This document shows, in pieces, positions 30,410-39,856 of a DNA stretch of 64,000 nucleotides; position 1 is the first letter of the stretch; each line of letters begins with the position of its first letter. The stretch comes from Candidatus Nanopelagicales bacterium (GTDB taxonomy: Bacteria > Actinomycetota > Actinomycetes > S36-B12 > GCA-2699445): assembly GCA_046330625.1 (NCBI GenBank), contig JAXLSJ010000005.1, positions 11,160 through 75,159 on the forward strand. Reading direction: 5' to 3'. Under the pieces are notes generated by a model, which searched no databases, was not told the DNA's origin, and saw nothing but the letters and a program-made list of their open reading frames with translations. The position numbers and the translations under genes were made by a program.

Positions 30410-30865
30410 TCAGACCTTGGGCTGGGTGAAGAACGCGCTCGCGCGCGAGCCCCAGAGCATGGCCAGGATGATCAGCCAGATCAGGATGGCGATCAGTCCG
30501 GTCCACACCGACGAGTTGCGCCAAACCGTGAGTTCGGCGACGTCCACGAGGATCTGCAGGACGATCAGGATCGACACGAAGATCCGCACGCCGTTACTGC
30601 CGTTCTTCAGTCCCGTGGCCAGCAAGATCGTGATGATCCCGAAGGCGATCGTGATGAGGCCGGCCACGGCCAGCGTGGTCCCGTTCAGGTCGTCGACCCC
30701 CGCGCCTTCGTTGAAACCCCGCACGAAACTGTTGTTGGTCGCGCCGAGCATGAGGAAGACGCCGCCGATGATCTCGATAACCGCGTTGATCCACATCAAC
30801 ACCACGATGAACGTGATGGTGCCGGGGCGCTGGACGGCCATGGGGGGTGGGGGTGGTGGGGTCAT
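30410..30865 (-). CDS. hypothetical small membrane protein (about 4 TM)
   Basis: A 151-aa ORF from the ATG at 30865 (MTPPPPPPMAVQRPGTITFIVVLMWINAV...). It is hydrophobic throughout and divergent from the oxidoreductase cluster. Confidence 0.5.
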   Translation of the reverse strand: MTPPPPPPMAVQRPGTITFIVVLMWINAVIEIIGGVFLMLGATNNSFVRGFNEGAGVDDLNGTTLAVAGLITIAFGIITILLATGLKNGSNGVRIFVSILIVLQILVDVAELTVWRNSSVWTGLIAILIWLIILAMLWGSRASAFFTQPKV

Positions 30866-30967
30866 GGGACAACTCCTTTGCACGCGGTCGATGACCGGAT
30901 CTGTCCTTAACCTCCCGCGTTCGAGGGGTCCGCGTCCACTCGACAGGCGTACGGTGGAGAGAGGAGT

Positions 30968-31573
30968 GTGATTGTGTTCGGAACCCGCATCCACGGCCGT
31001 GGCGGTCAAGGCGTTGTGACCGCAGCCGAACTGCTGTCGGTCGCGGCCTTCGACAGCGGTCACCATGCCCAGGCTTTCCCCAGTTTCGGGTCAGAGCGCA
31101 CCGGGGCCCCGGTGGTCGCCTACTGCCGTATCGACGACACCCCCATCCGCACCCGCGAGCCGATCATGATCCCCGACGGCCTGATCATCCAGGACGCGAC
31201 CCTGCTGAGCCAGATCGACGTGCTCGCCGGACGTCCGGAACATGCGTACGTGTTGATCAACGCCGCGGCCGACCTGACGGAACTCGGGCTGGCGGAGTTC
31301 CTCGCCGATCATCGGGCGGAGCGGGTGATGACCTTGCCCGCCACCGAGATGGCGCTGCGGGCGCTGGGTCGACCGGTGCCCAACGTGGTGTTGCTCGGAG
31401 GGTTCGCCGCCCTGACGTCGTTGATCACCGTCGAAGCGCTCGAGGTCGCGCTGGCCGAACGCTTCAGCGGCGTCGTGCTCGACGGGAACCGTGCCGCCGC
31501 TCGCGAGGCCTTCGCCGACGTGTCGGCGCGGATATCGGCCCAGAGAGGAGTCGTGGATGCGGCAACAGATTGA
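30968..31573 (+). CDS. 2-oxoacid:ferredoxin oxidoreductase, gamma subunit
   Basis: A 201-aa ORF with the gamma-subunit motif HGRGGQGVVTAAELLSVAA...FPSFGSERTGAPV. Confidence 0.85.
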   Translation: MIVFGTRIHGRGGQGVVTAAELLSVAAFDSGHHAQAFPSFGSERTGAPVVAYCRIDDTPIRTREPIMIPDGLIIQDATLLSQIDVLAGRPEHAYVLINAAADLTELGLAEFLADHRAERVMTLPATEMALRALGRPVPNVVLLGGFAALTSLITVEALEVALAERFSGVVLDGNRAAAREAFADVSARISAQRGVVDAATD

Positions 31574-32822
31574 GGGGTCCCAGGCCGTGGCCCGGGCCGT
31601 GGCGCTGGCCCGACCCGAGGTCATCTGCGCCTACCCGATCTCACCGCAGACCCACATCGTCGAGGCGCTCAGTGCGCTGGTGCAGACCGGCGAGCTGGAG
31701 CGCTGCGAGTACCTCAACGTCGAGTCGGAGTTCGCCGCCATGAGTGCCGCGATCGGCGCGAGCGCGGCCGGTGCCCGCGCCTACACCGCCACCGCGAGCC
31801 AGGGTCTGCTCTACATGGTCGAGGCCGTCTACAACGCCTCCGGTCTGGGGCTGCCGATCGTCATGACGGTCGCGAACCGCGCCATCGGCGCCCCGATCAA
31901 CATCTGGAACGACCACAGCGACTCGATGAGCCAGCGCGACTCCGGCTGGATCCAGTTGTACGCCGAGGACAACCAAGAGGCGGTCGACCTGCACCTGCAG
32001 GCCTATCGCCTGGCCGAGGAGGTGTCGCTGCCGGTGATGGTGTGCATGGACGGGTTCATCCTCACCCATGCCGTCGAGGAGGTCGACATCCCCGATCAGG
32101 ACACCGTCGACCGGTTCCTCCCACCCTACGAGCCACGGCAGGTGCTCGACCCCGACGACCCCATGTCGATCGGGGCGATGGTGGGCCCCGAGGCTTTCCT
32201 CGAGGTCCGCTATCTCGCCCATCTGCGCCAGATGCAGGCGCTCGAGGTCATCCCGCGGATCGCGGCGGAGTTCGGCGAGGCCACCGGACGTCGACGCAGC
32301 GGCCTGATCTCGACCTACCGGCTCGACGACGCCGACATCGCCGTCGTCGCCCTCGGTTCGGTGATCGGCACCCTGAAGGACACCGTCGACGGCCTGCGCG
32401 AGCAGGGCGTGCGAGCAGGGGTCCTGGGCATCACGTCGTTCCGCCCCTTCCCGCTCGAGGCCGTCCGGGAAGCGCTGGCCGACATCGATCGGGTCATCGT
32501 GCTCGAAAAGGCGCTGGCCGTCGGGATCGGGGGCATCGTGAGTGCCAACATCCGTACGGCTCTCGCCGGCCAGACCCACCACACCGTCACCGTCATCGCC
32601 GGGCTGGGCGGTCGGCCGATCCTCACGACGTCGCTGGCCGCGATGATCCGACAGGGCCTGGCCGACGAGCTGCCCGAGTTGTCGTTCCTCGACCTGCGGC
32701 TGGACCTGGTCGAACGCGAGGTGGAACGGGCCCGCGCGAGCCGGAAGTCCGGCCCCGCGGCCGAGAACATGTTGCGCGACGTCGCCGGCGGCGTCTCGCA
32801 CTCGGCGGGGAGGCCCCGATGA
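31557..32822 (+). CDS. 2-oxoacid:ferredoxin oxidoreductase, alpha subunit
   Basis: The ATG at 31557 begins MRQQIEGSQAVARAVALARPEVICAYPISPQT, a typical PorA/KorA N-terminus. It overlaps the gamma gene end. Confidence 0.85.
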   Translation: MRQQIEGSQAVARAVALARPEVICAYPISPQTHIVEALSALVQTGELERCEYLNVESEFAAMSAAIGASAAGARAYTATASQGLLYMVEAVYNASGLGLPIVMTVANRAIGAPINIWNDHSDSMSQRDSGWIQLYAEDNQEAVDLHLQAYRLAEEVSLPVMVCMDGFILTHAVEEVDIPDQDTVDRFLPPYEPRQVLDPDDPMSIGAMVGPEAFLEVRYLAHLRQMQALEVIPRIAAEFGEATGRRRSGLISTYRLDDADIAVVALGSVIGTLKDTVDGLREQGVRAGVLGITSFRPFPLEAVREALADIDRVIVLEKALAVGIGGIVSANIRTALAGQTHHTVTVIAGLGGRPILTTSLAAMIRQGLADELPELSFLDLRLDLVEREVERARASRKSGPAAENMLRDVAGGVSHSAGRPR

Positions 32823-33808
32823 CCGAGCACGTGAAGTTCTACCAGGTGGGGTCGTTCGCGGTCGGGAACCGGCTGCTCGACATCAGCAGCGTGCAGTCCG
32901 ACCCCGACCGCACCAACGCCATCACGAGCGGACACCGGGCCTGCCAGGGGTGTGGCGAGGCGCTCGGCGCCCGCTACGCGCTGGACACCGCCATGGCCGA
33001 GACCGACGGGAAGATGGTGGCCGTCAACGCCACCGGCTGCCTCGAGGTGTTCTCGACGCCGTACCCCGAGACCAGTTGGCAGATCCCGTGGATGCACTCG
33101 CTGTTCGGCAACGCCCCCTCGGTGGCGACCGGGGTGGCGGCTGCCCTTCGGGTCAAGGGTCGATCCGACGTGCGGGTGGTGGCCCAGGCCGGCGACGGGG
33201 GCACGGTCGACATCGGCATGGGCACCCTGTCCGGGATGTTCGAGCGCAACGACGACGTGCTGTTCATCTGTTACGACAACGAGGCGTACATGAACACCGG
33301 GGTGCAGCGCTCCGGCGCCACGCCACCGGCGGCCCGCACCATGACCACGCAGGCCGTCGGGCCCCATCCGGGAGCACCGTTCGGCCAGGGCAAGGACCTG
33401 CCGCGGATCGCGATGGCGCATGAGATCCCGTACGTGGCCACCGCGACGGTGGCCGACCTGCGCGATCTCGAGGCGAAGGTGCGCACGGCCATGGGCATTC
33501 GGGGGGCCCGCTACCTGCACGTCCTGGTCCCGTGTCCGTTGGGCTGGGGGACGGCCAGCCGCGAGACGATCCTGATCGCCCGGCTGGCCACCGAGAGCGG
33601 GCTGTTCCCGGTGTTCGAGGCCCGCCACGGCGAGGTCACGGCGGTCCACCCCATCCGGCACCGGGTGCCGGTCACCGAGTACCTGAGTCGGCAGAAGCGC
33701 TACGCCCACCTGTTCGGGGCGGAGCCGGACACCGCGACCATCGAGCGGATCCAGGCCCACGCCGACCGCAACTTCGCGCGCTACGGCATCGAGGAGGTGG
33801 CGGTGTGA
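32819..33808 (+). CDS. 2-oxoacid:ferredoxin oxidoreductase, beta (TPP-binding) subunit
   Basis: The ATG at 32819 overlaps the alpha stop (ATGA). It contains CQGCG and the TPP motif GDGG...YDNEAYMNTG. Confidence 0.85.
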   Translation: MTEHVKFYQVGSFAVGNRLLDISSVQSDPDRTNAITSGHRACQGCGEALGARYALDTAMAETDGKMVAVNATGCLEVFSTPYPETSWQIPWMHSLFGNAPSVATGVAAALRVKGRSDVRVVAQAGDGGTVDIGMGTLSGMFERNDDVLFICYDNEAYMNTGVQRSGATPPAARTMTTQAVGPHPGAPFGQGKDLPRIAMAHEIPYVATATVADLRDLEAKVRTAMGIRGARYLHVLVPCPLGWGTASRETILIARLATESGLFPVFEARHGEVTAVHPIRHRVPVTEYLSRQKRYAHLFGAEPDTATIERIQAHADRNFARYGIEEVAV

Positions 33809-35472
33809 GCGACAAACCGTTCGCCATCACGCTGTCGGTGGGCACGAGCCTGGCCAACAAGACCGGGTCCTGGCGTACCGAGCGGCCGGTCTATCGCAAC
33901 GGACTGCCGCCGTGCAATGACGCGTGTCCCGCCGGCGAGAACATCCAGGGATGGCTGTACGACGCCGAGGACGGCGGCTACGAGAAGGCCTGGAACACCC
34001 TGGTCGTCGACAACCCGTTCCCCGCGATCATGGGGCGGGTCTGCTACCACCCGTGCCAGACGGCCTGCAACCGGGCGCAGCTGGATCAACCTGTCGGGAT
34101 CAACTCCGTCGAGCGCTTCCTCGGCGACGTGGCGCTGCGCGAGGGCTGGCGGCTGCCGGCGCCCGCCTCCGACACCGGGCGTCGGGTCCTGGTCATCGGC
34201 GCCGGGCCGTCGGGACTGTCGGCCGCCTACCACCTGCGTCGGGCCGGCCATGCGGTCGAGATCCGCGAGGCAGGTCCTCGCAGCGGCGGCATGATGAGGT
34301 TCGGCATCCCCAGCTACCGGCTGCCCCGCGACGTGCTGGACGCCGAGATCCAGCGGGTCCTCGACCTGGGGATCGACCTGCGGCTCGATTCCCGCGTCGA
34401 CGACGTGCGGACGGCCATGGCCGAGGGTCCGTTCGATGCGGTGTTCCTTGCCGTGGGCGCCCACATCGGCAAGCGGGCCTACATCCCGGCAGGGGAGTCG
34501 GCCCACATCCTCGACGCGGTGTCGCTGCTGCGGGACATGGAGGGCGAGGACCGACCACTGCTGGGTCGGCGGGTGGTCGTCTACGGCGGCGGCAACACCG
34601 CCATGGACGCGGCCCGGACGGCCAAGCGGCTCGGCGCGGACGAGGCGATCGTGGTCTACCGGCGCACGCGCGACCGGATGCCGGCACACGACATCGAGGT
34701 CGAGGAGGCGCTCGAGGAAGGTGTCCTCATGCGTTGGCTGTCGACGATCAAGCACGTCGACGCGGCGTCCATGGTGGTCGAACGGATGGAACTGGACGAC
34801 TCCGGATTCCCTCAGCCGACCGGCGAGACCGAGGAGTTGGCCGCCGATTCGCTGGTGCTGGCGCTGGGGCAGGACGTCGACCTGTCCTTGCTCGACGGTG
34901 TGCCGAACCTGACGATCACCGACGGTGTGGTCGCGGTGGACGACCGCATGATGACCGGGCACGCGGGCATCTTCGCCGGCGGCGACATGGTCCCCAGTGA
35001 GCGGACCGTGACCGTGGCCGTGGGGCACGGCAAACTCGCGGCCCGCAACATCGACGGATGGTTGCGCGACGACCCGTTCGTGCATGCGCCCCGACCGCCG
35101 CTGGCGGCCTTCGAGTCCTTGAACACCTGGTACTACACCGACGCGCCCAAGACGGTGCGACCGACGTTGGACCTGGCGCGCCGCGTCAGCACGTTCGACG
35201 AGGTCAAGCAGGGGCTGGACGAGTCCACCGCCCTGTTCGAGGCGCGGCGGTGCCTGTCGTGCGGCAACTGCTTTCACTGCGACAACTGCTTCGGCGTGTG
35301 TCCGGACAACGCCGTGCTGAAGTACCCGGACGGGTCGGGTGGCGGTGACAACGGCCGCGATTACGCCTTCGACCTCGACTACTGCAAAGGCTGCGGCATC
35401 TGCGTCAACGAGTGCCCGTCGGGAGCGATCGCCATGATCCCGGAGCCGCCGCCGTCACGCCGGGTCGAGTAG
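33805..35472 (+). CDS. fusion protein: PorD-like N-terminus + GltD/NfnB-like NAD(P)H:FAD oxidoreductase + C-terminal 2x[4Fe-4S] ferredoxin domain
   Basis: The GTG at 33805 overlaps the beta stop (GTGA). The N-terminus NKTGSWRTERPVY resembles the delta subunit. There are two Rossmann motifs (VLVIGAGPSGLSAAY, VVVYGGGNTAMDAAR). The C-terminal clusters are CLSCGNCFHCDNCFGVCP and CKGCGICVNECP. Confidence 0.8.
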   Translation: MSDKPFAITLSVGTSLANKTGSWRTERPVYRNGLPPCNDACPAGENIQGWLYDAEDGGYEKAWNTLVVDNPFPAIMGRVCYHPCQTACNRAQLDQPVGINSVERFLGDVALREGWRLPAPASDTGRRVLVIGAGPSGLSAAYHLRRAGHAVEIREAGPRSGGMMRFGIPSYRLPRDVLDAEIQRVLDLGIDLRLDSRVDDVRTAMAEGPFDAVFLAVGAHIGKRAYIPAGESAHILDAVSLLRDMEGEDRPLLGRRVVVYGGGNTAMDAARTAKRLGADEAIVVYRRTRDRMPAHDIEVEEALEEGVLMRWLSTIKHVDAASMVVERMELDDSGFPQPTGETEELAADSLVLALGQDVDLSLLDGVPNLTITDGVVAVDDRMMTGHAGIFAGGDMVPSERTVTVAVGHGKLAARNIDGWLRDDPFVHAPRPPLAAFESLNTWYYTDAPKTVRPTLDLARRVSTFDEVKQGLDESTALFEARRCLSCGNCFHCDNCFGVCPDNAVLKYPDGSGGGDNGRDYAFDLDYCKGCGICVNECPSGAIAMIPEPPPSRRVE

Positions 35473-35554
35473 TCGCACGTCGCGTGCCCGAGAGTCGCGG
35501 AGCCGGAGGTCGCTGTCCGCCAAGGGGATCGCGTGCTGGCCATAGACTGGCGCA

Positions 35555-36889
35555 GTGACGGAAATGCCCGACCTCTCTGATGTCGTCGACGAACTCTTCG
35601 CCCGGCAGCCCGAGACCGACATGGTGCCCACCCTCGCGCGAGTACAGCGGGTGATGGACCTGCTGGGTGACCCGCAGCGTTCGCCGCGCATCATCCACAT
35701 CACCGGGACGAACGGCAAGACGTCGACGGCCCGCATGATCGAGACCCTGGTGATCGCCAGCGGTCTGCGCGTGGGCACCTACACCAGCCCGCATCTGCAC
35801 TCGGTGACCGAGCGGATCCGGATCGACGGAGCGCCGATCCCCGAGGAGCGGTTCATCGAGGTCTACGAGGACGTCCGGCCGATCATCGACATGGTCGACG
35901 GGGAGCAGGAGCGCGACGGGAACCCCCCGCTCACGTTCTTCGAGGTGCTGACCTGCCTGGCCTTCGCCGCGTTCGCCGATGCGCCGGTGGATGTCGCGGT
36001 CATCGAGGTCGGGCTCGGCGGGATGTGGGACGGGACCAACGTGGCCGACGCCGACGTCGCGGTCATCACCCCCATCGCGGTCGACCACGAGCGGTGGCTG
36101 GGGGATACGCCGGAACGGATCGCGGTCGAGAAGGCCGGGATCATCAAGACCGGGTCCGTGGTGGTGAGTGCTGACCAGACTCCCGGAGTCCTCGACGTCC
36201 TGCTGCGGCGCTGTGCCGAGGTGGGGGCGACCGCTCAGGTGTGGGGACGGGATTTCGACCTGCTGGACCGGACAGTGGCGGTCGGCGGTCAGGTGTTCGC
36301 GGTGCAGGTAGGCGTCGTGCGCTACGACGAGGTGTTCCTGCCTCTGCAAGGGGCGCACCAGGCCGCCAATGCCGTGCTGGCGGTCGCCGCCGTGGCCGCA
36401 CTGCTGGTGTCGGACGAGCCGTTGGACCAGGCGCTCGTCGACGCGCTGGGCAGTGCCGTCTCGCCGGGTCGCCTCGAAGCCGTCACGCGCGAGCCGACGG
36501 TGCTTCTCGATGCGGCACACAACCACGCGGGCGCAGACGTTCTCGCGCTGGCGTTGGGAGACTCCTTCACCTTCCTGGACACCACGGCTGTCGTGGCGGT
36601 CATGGCGGACAAGGACGTGGCCGGCATCCTCGCCCCGCTGCGCGGTGTCGTCGACCGGGTCGTCGCCACACAGAACTCGTCGCCGCGATGCCTGCCGGCG
36701 GCAGAGCTCGGCCGCCTCGCGGCGGGCGTGTGGGGCGAGGAGGCGGTCGAGGTCGAGCCGGACCTGGCGGCTGCGGTCGCCGTGGCCCGGCGGCACGCCG
36801 AGCAGTCGGGCGGCGGGGTGGTCGTGACCGGTTCCGTCGTGACCGTCGCCGACGCGCGTGCGATCCTGACCTCGGCGGAGGTGTCATGA
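35555..36889 (+). CDS. folC: bifunctional folylpolyglutamate synthase / dihydrofolate synthase
   Basis: A 444-aa ORF with the Mur-ligase-type P-loop ITGTNGKTSTARM and FolC-like sequence. Confidence 0.9.
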   Translation: MTEMPDLSDVVDELFARQPETDMVPTLARVQRVMDLLGDPQRSPRIIHITGTNGKTSTARMIETLVIASGLRVGTYTSPHLHSVTERIRIDGAPIPEERFIEVYEDVRPIIDMVDGEQERDGNPPLTFFEVLTCLAFAAFADAPVDVAVIEVGLGGMWDGTNVADADVAVITPIAVDHERWLGDTPERIAVEKAGIIKTGSVVVSADQTPGVLDVLLRRCAEVGATAQVWGRDFDLLDRTVAVGGQVFAVQVGVVRYDEVFLPLQGAHQAANAVLAVAAVAALLVSDEPLDQALVDALGSAVSPGRLEAVTREPTVLLDAAHNHAGADVLALALGDSFTFLDTTAVVAVMADKDVAGILAPLRGVVDRVVATQNSSPRCLPAAELGRLAAGVWGEEAVEVEPDLAAAVAVARRHAEQSGGGVVVTGSVVTVADARAILTSAEVS

Positions 36890-37278
36890 GGGTCCTGGGT
36901 TCGACAGTCCTCGTCTTCGAATGGTTGATCCTGGCCCTGGGAGTGCCGGTGGCGATCAACACGTCCGGGGTGGCGCCGGGCGGAGCCTTCGCCTTCCTGG
37001 GAGTGATGACCGTCCTCATCGCGGTCGCCGTCGCGAGGATCACCCGGCCCCTGGGAATCGGGCTGGGGTGGGTTGTGCAGGCGGTCTGTGTGGCAGCCGG
37101 CCTGATCGTGCCGATCATGGCCATCCTCGGCGCCATCTTCGCCGGGCTGTACTTCGCGGCCGTGCACTTCGGGCGTCGGGTGGACGCCCTGCGCGCCGCC
37201 GCGTCACCCGGGGAACAGCAGCACGGTCCGATCGGGGAGACTGTGGGCAACGGCGCGAGCGCCGGCTCCGACAGCTGA
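36886..37278 (+). CDS. DUF4233-like small membrane protein
   Basis: The ATG at 36886 overlaps the folC stop (ATGA). It is 130 aa with about 4 TM helices. A gene of this kind conservedly follows folC in actinobacteria. Confidence 0.65.
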   Translation: MRVLGSTVLVFEWLILALGVPVAINTSGVAPGGAFAFLGVMTVLIAVAVARITRPLGIGLGWVVQAVCVAAGLIVPIMAILGAIFAGLYFAAVHFGRRVDALRAAASPGEQQHGPIGETVGNGASAGSDS

Positions 37279-37311
37279 TCCCGGCCACGGCCGGAACGGA
37301 AAGGTAGTGCC

Positions 37312-37725
37312 ATGACGCAGCGAACCCTCATCCTGGTCAAGCCCGACGGGGTGGCCCGCGGTCTGATGGGCGAGGTGATCGCGCGCATCGAGCGCAAGGG
37401 GTTCACCTTCGTCGCCCTCGAACTGCGCACCTTGGACGCCGAGACTGCCGGCGAGCACTACGCCGAGCACCGGGACAAGCCGTTCTTCGGCGATCTGGTC
37501 GACTTCATCACCTCTGGTCCGCTGCTGGCGGGGGTGATCGAAGGTCCCGACGCCATCGCCGCCTGGCGGACGATGATGGGCGCGACGAACCCCGTGGCCG
37601 CGGCTCCGGGAACCATCCGGGGGGATCTCGCGACCGAGATGCAGAACAACGTGTCGCACGGGTCGGACTCGCCGGAGTCGGCGGCCCGCGAGATCGGCCT
37701 CTTCTTCCCGCAACTCGCGGACTGA
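37312..37725 (+). CDS. ndk: nucleoside-diphosphate kinase
   Basis: A 137-aa ORF with the active-site motif NVSHGSDS. Confidence 0.95.
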   Translation: MTQRTLILVKPDGVARGLMGEVIARIERKGFTFVALELRTLDAETAGEHYAEHRDKPFFGDLVDFITSGPLLAGVIEGPDAIAAWRTMMGATNPVAAAPGTIRGDLATEMQNNVSHGSDSPESAAREIGLFFPQLAD

Positions 37726-37732
37726 CTCGCCT

Positions 37733-37792
37733 CCGGTAGTCGAGCGGAGCCGACCCCGCCCCCTCCGGTGGTCGAGCGGAGCCGAGACCACC
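37733..37792. repeat. two REP-like palindromic elements downstream of ndk
   Basis: A degenerate copy CCGGTAGTCGAGCGGAGCCGAC lies at 37733-37754. A full copy CCGGTGGTCGAGCGGAGCCGAGACCACC lies at 37765-37792, with a 7-bp stem GGTGGTC/GACCACC. Confidence 0.6.
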
Positions 37793-37924
37793 TCGCCGAC
37801 GAGGCGCCGCAACTAGTCCGAGTCGTTATCTTCCCGCGGCCGGTTCGGCGACGTAGAGTGGCGGTCTGGCGGGGTTGGGCCGCCGGACCGGGGTCAAGCC
37901 GCAGTGCGGCATGGTGGGGTGAAC

Positions 37925-38956
37925 ATGGGGTTCGAGGCTGCCGTGATGGGCCGCGACCTGGCCGTCGACCTGGGCACAGCCAACACGTTGGTCTATGTCC
38001 GAGGGCGCGGCATCGTGGTCGACGAGCCGAGCGTCGTCGCCATGGATCAGCATGCCGGTGCCGCCATCGCGGTGGGCGAGCGGGCTCGCGACATGATCGG
38101 CCGGACGCCCGGCGACGTGACCGCCATCCGACCCCTGCAGGGCGGGGTGATCGCCGACTTCGAGGCCGCCGAGGACATGCTGCGGCACTTCGTGCAGCGG
38201 GCCCAGCCGCGGCGGGCGCTGGCCAAACCCCGACTCGTGGTCTGTGTCCCCTCTGGCATCACCGGAGTCGAGCGGCGCGCGGTCGAGGACGCCGGATATG
38301 CCGCCGGGGCGCGTCGGGTCTTCCTGATCGAGGAACCGATGGCCGCCGCGATCGGGGCCGGACTGCCGGTCTACGAGGCGGCCGGGTCGATGGTGGTCGA
38401 CATCGGTGGCGGCACCACCGAAGTCGCCGTGGTGTCGTTGGGTGGGGTCGTGGTCAGCATGTCGGCCCGGGTCGGCGGCGATGCCATGGACGACGCACTG
38501 GTCCAGCACATGAAGAAGCAGTACTCGCTGCTGCTCGGGGAGCGGACGGCCGAACGCATCAAGACGTCCATCGGCTCCGCCTACCCGGTGTCCGACGAAC
38601 CCGACGCCGAGATCCGCGGCCGCGACCTGGTGTCGGGCCTGCCGCGCACGATCGTGGTGTCGGCCCGCGAGATCCGCGAGGCCCTCGACGAGCCGGTGAC
38701 CGCCATCGTCGACGCCGTGCGCACCACGTTGGACCGCACGCCCCCCGAACTCGCCGGCGACGTGATGGATCGCGGCATCGTCCTGACCGGAGGGGGAGCG
38801 CTCCTGCAGGGGCTGGATCTGCGACTCCAGCACGAGACGCGCATGCCCGTGCGCACCGCACCCGATCCGCTGCGCTGTGTGGCGCTGGGGGCCGGCCGCT
38901 GTGTCGAGGAGTTCTCCGACCTGCAGCCCCTGCTCATGAACCGGCCACGGCGGTGA
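37925..38956 (+). CDS. mreB: rod shape-determining protein MreB
   Basis: It is actin-like (GRDLAVDLGTANTLVYVRGRGIVVDEPSVVA). The ATG at 37925 is preferred because it matches the MxF..GRDxAVDLG N-terminus of actinobacterial MreB. The track ORF starts at 37904. Confidence 0.9.
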   Translation: MGFEAAVMGRDLAVDLGTANTLVYVRGRGIVVDEPSVVAMDQHAGAAIAVGERARDMIGRTPGDVTAIRPLQGGVIADFEAAEDMLRHFVQRAQPRRALAKPRLVVCVPSGITGVERRAVEDAGYAAGARRVFLIEEPMAAAIGAGLPVYEAAGSMVVDIGGGTTEVAVVSLGGVVVSMSARVGGDAMDDALVQHMKKQYSLLLGERTAERIKTSIGSAYPVSDEPDAEIRGRDLVSGLPRTIVVSAREIREALDEPVTAIVDAVRTTLDRTPPELAGDVMDRGIVLTGGGALLQGLDLRLQHETRMPVRTAPDPLRCVALGAGRCVEEFSDLQPLLMNRPRR

Positions 38957-38959
38957 TGG

Positions 38960-39856
38960 GTGACGACGACTTCCCCCACCCGTCTGGCGCGGCCCACGCC
39001 CCCGCCTGATCTGCGGCAACGCCGGTGGCGTCGGTTCACGCCCGGCCCCGTGGCGGCCCTGCTTCTCCTGGTGTCGCTGTCGCTGATGTTCCTCGACCTG
39101 CGCGGGGGGCCGACGGACACCCTGCGCGGGGTGACCGCCACCGTCGTGGGTCCCGCGCAGGCGGCGTCGGACGCGCTCTTCGGTCCGGTCCGGGCGGCAG
39201 CGCTCCGCCGGGTCGATGCGGACGAACTCGAGCGTCAGATCACCGAACTCCAGGACACCAATCGCCGACTGCAGGCGGCCAACGACCAACTCACGCGACA
39301 ACTTGCCGATGATCCGGCGGCCCGGAAGGCCGCCGAAGCGACGCAGTCGCGCGCCGAGGCGGCGGTGGCCGCACGAGTGGTCGCCGCGGCGCCGGGGCTC
39401 GCGACGCAGGCCCTCACGATCGACGTCGGGTCCGACGACGGGGTCGCGCGGGATGCCCCCGTGCTGGTGTCCGGGGGGGTGATCGGTCGGGTCACCGACG
39501 TCACGCCGTCGACGAGCACGGTGTTGCTCGTCACCGATCCGGGCAGCTCCGTGGCCGTCCGCGTCAACGGCAACAGCGCACTGCTCCAGGGCACCGGCGA
39601 TCGACACGCGGCCGTGCTGAGTTACCTCGATCCCCTGGCCGATGTGAGGGTCGGACAACGAGTGGAGACACTCGGCTCCGACGACGGCAAGCCCTACCCG
39701 GCGGGCCTTCCGGTCGGGACGGTGTCGGCGGTCTCGGGTGATCTGGGCGACCTGGACCGGGTGGTGACCGTGGAACCGGCCCTCCCTGCCGGGATGATCG
39801 ATCGGGTCATCGTCCTGACGGATCCCCCGGACCCCTCCGGGGCGGGCGACTCATGA
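38960..39856 (+). CDS. mreC: rod shape-determining protein MreC
   Basis: A 298-aa ORF with an N-terminal TM helix, a coiled-coil (ELERQITELQDTNRRLQAANDQLTRQL) and a beta-rich C-terminal region. It sits immediately after mreB. Confidence 0.85.
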   Translation: MTTTSPTRLARPTPPPDLRQRRWRRFTPGPVAALLLLVSLSLMFLDLRGGPTDTLRGVTATVVGPAQAASDALFGPVRAAALRRVDADELERQITELQDTNRRLQAANDQLTRQLADDPAARKAAEATQSRAEAAVAARVVAAAPGLATQALTIDVGSDDGVARDAPVLVSGGVIGRVTDVTPSTSTVLLVTDPGSSVAVRVNGNSALLQGTGDRHAAVLSYLDPLADVRVGQRVETLGSDDGKPYPAGLPVGTVSAVSGDLGDLDRVVTVEPALPAGMIDRVIVLTDPPDPSGAGDS

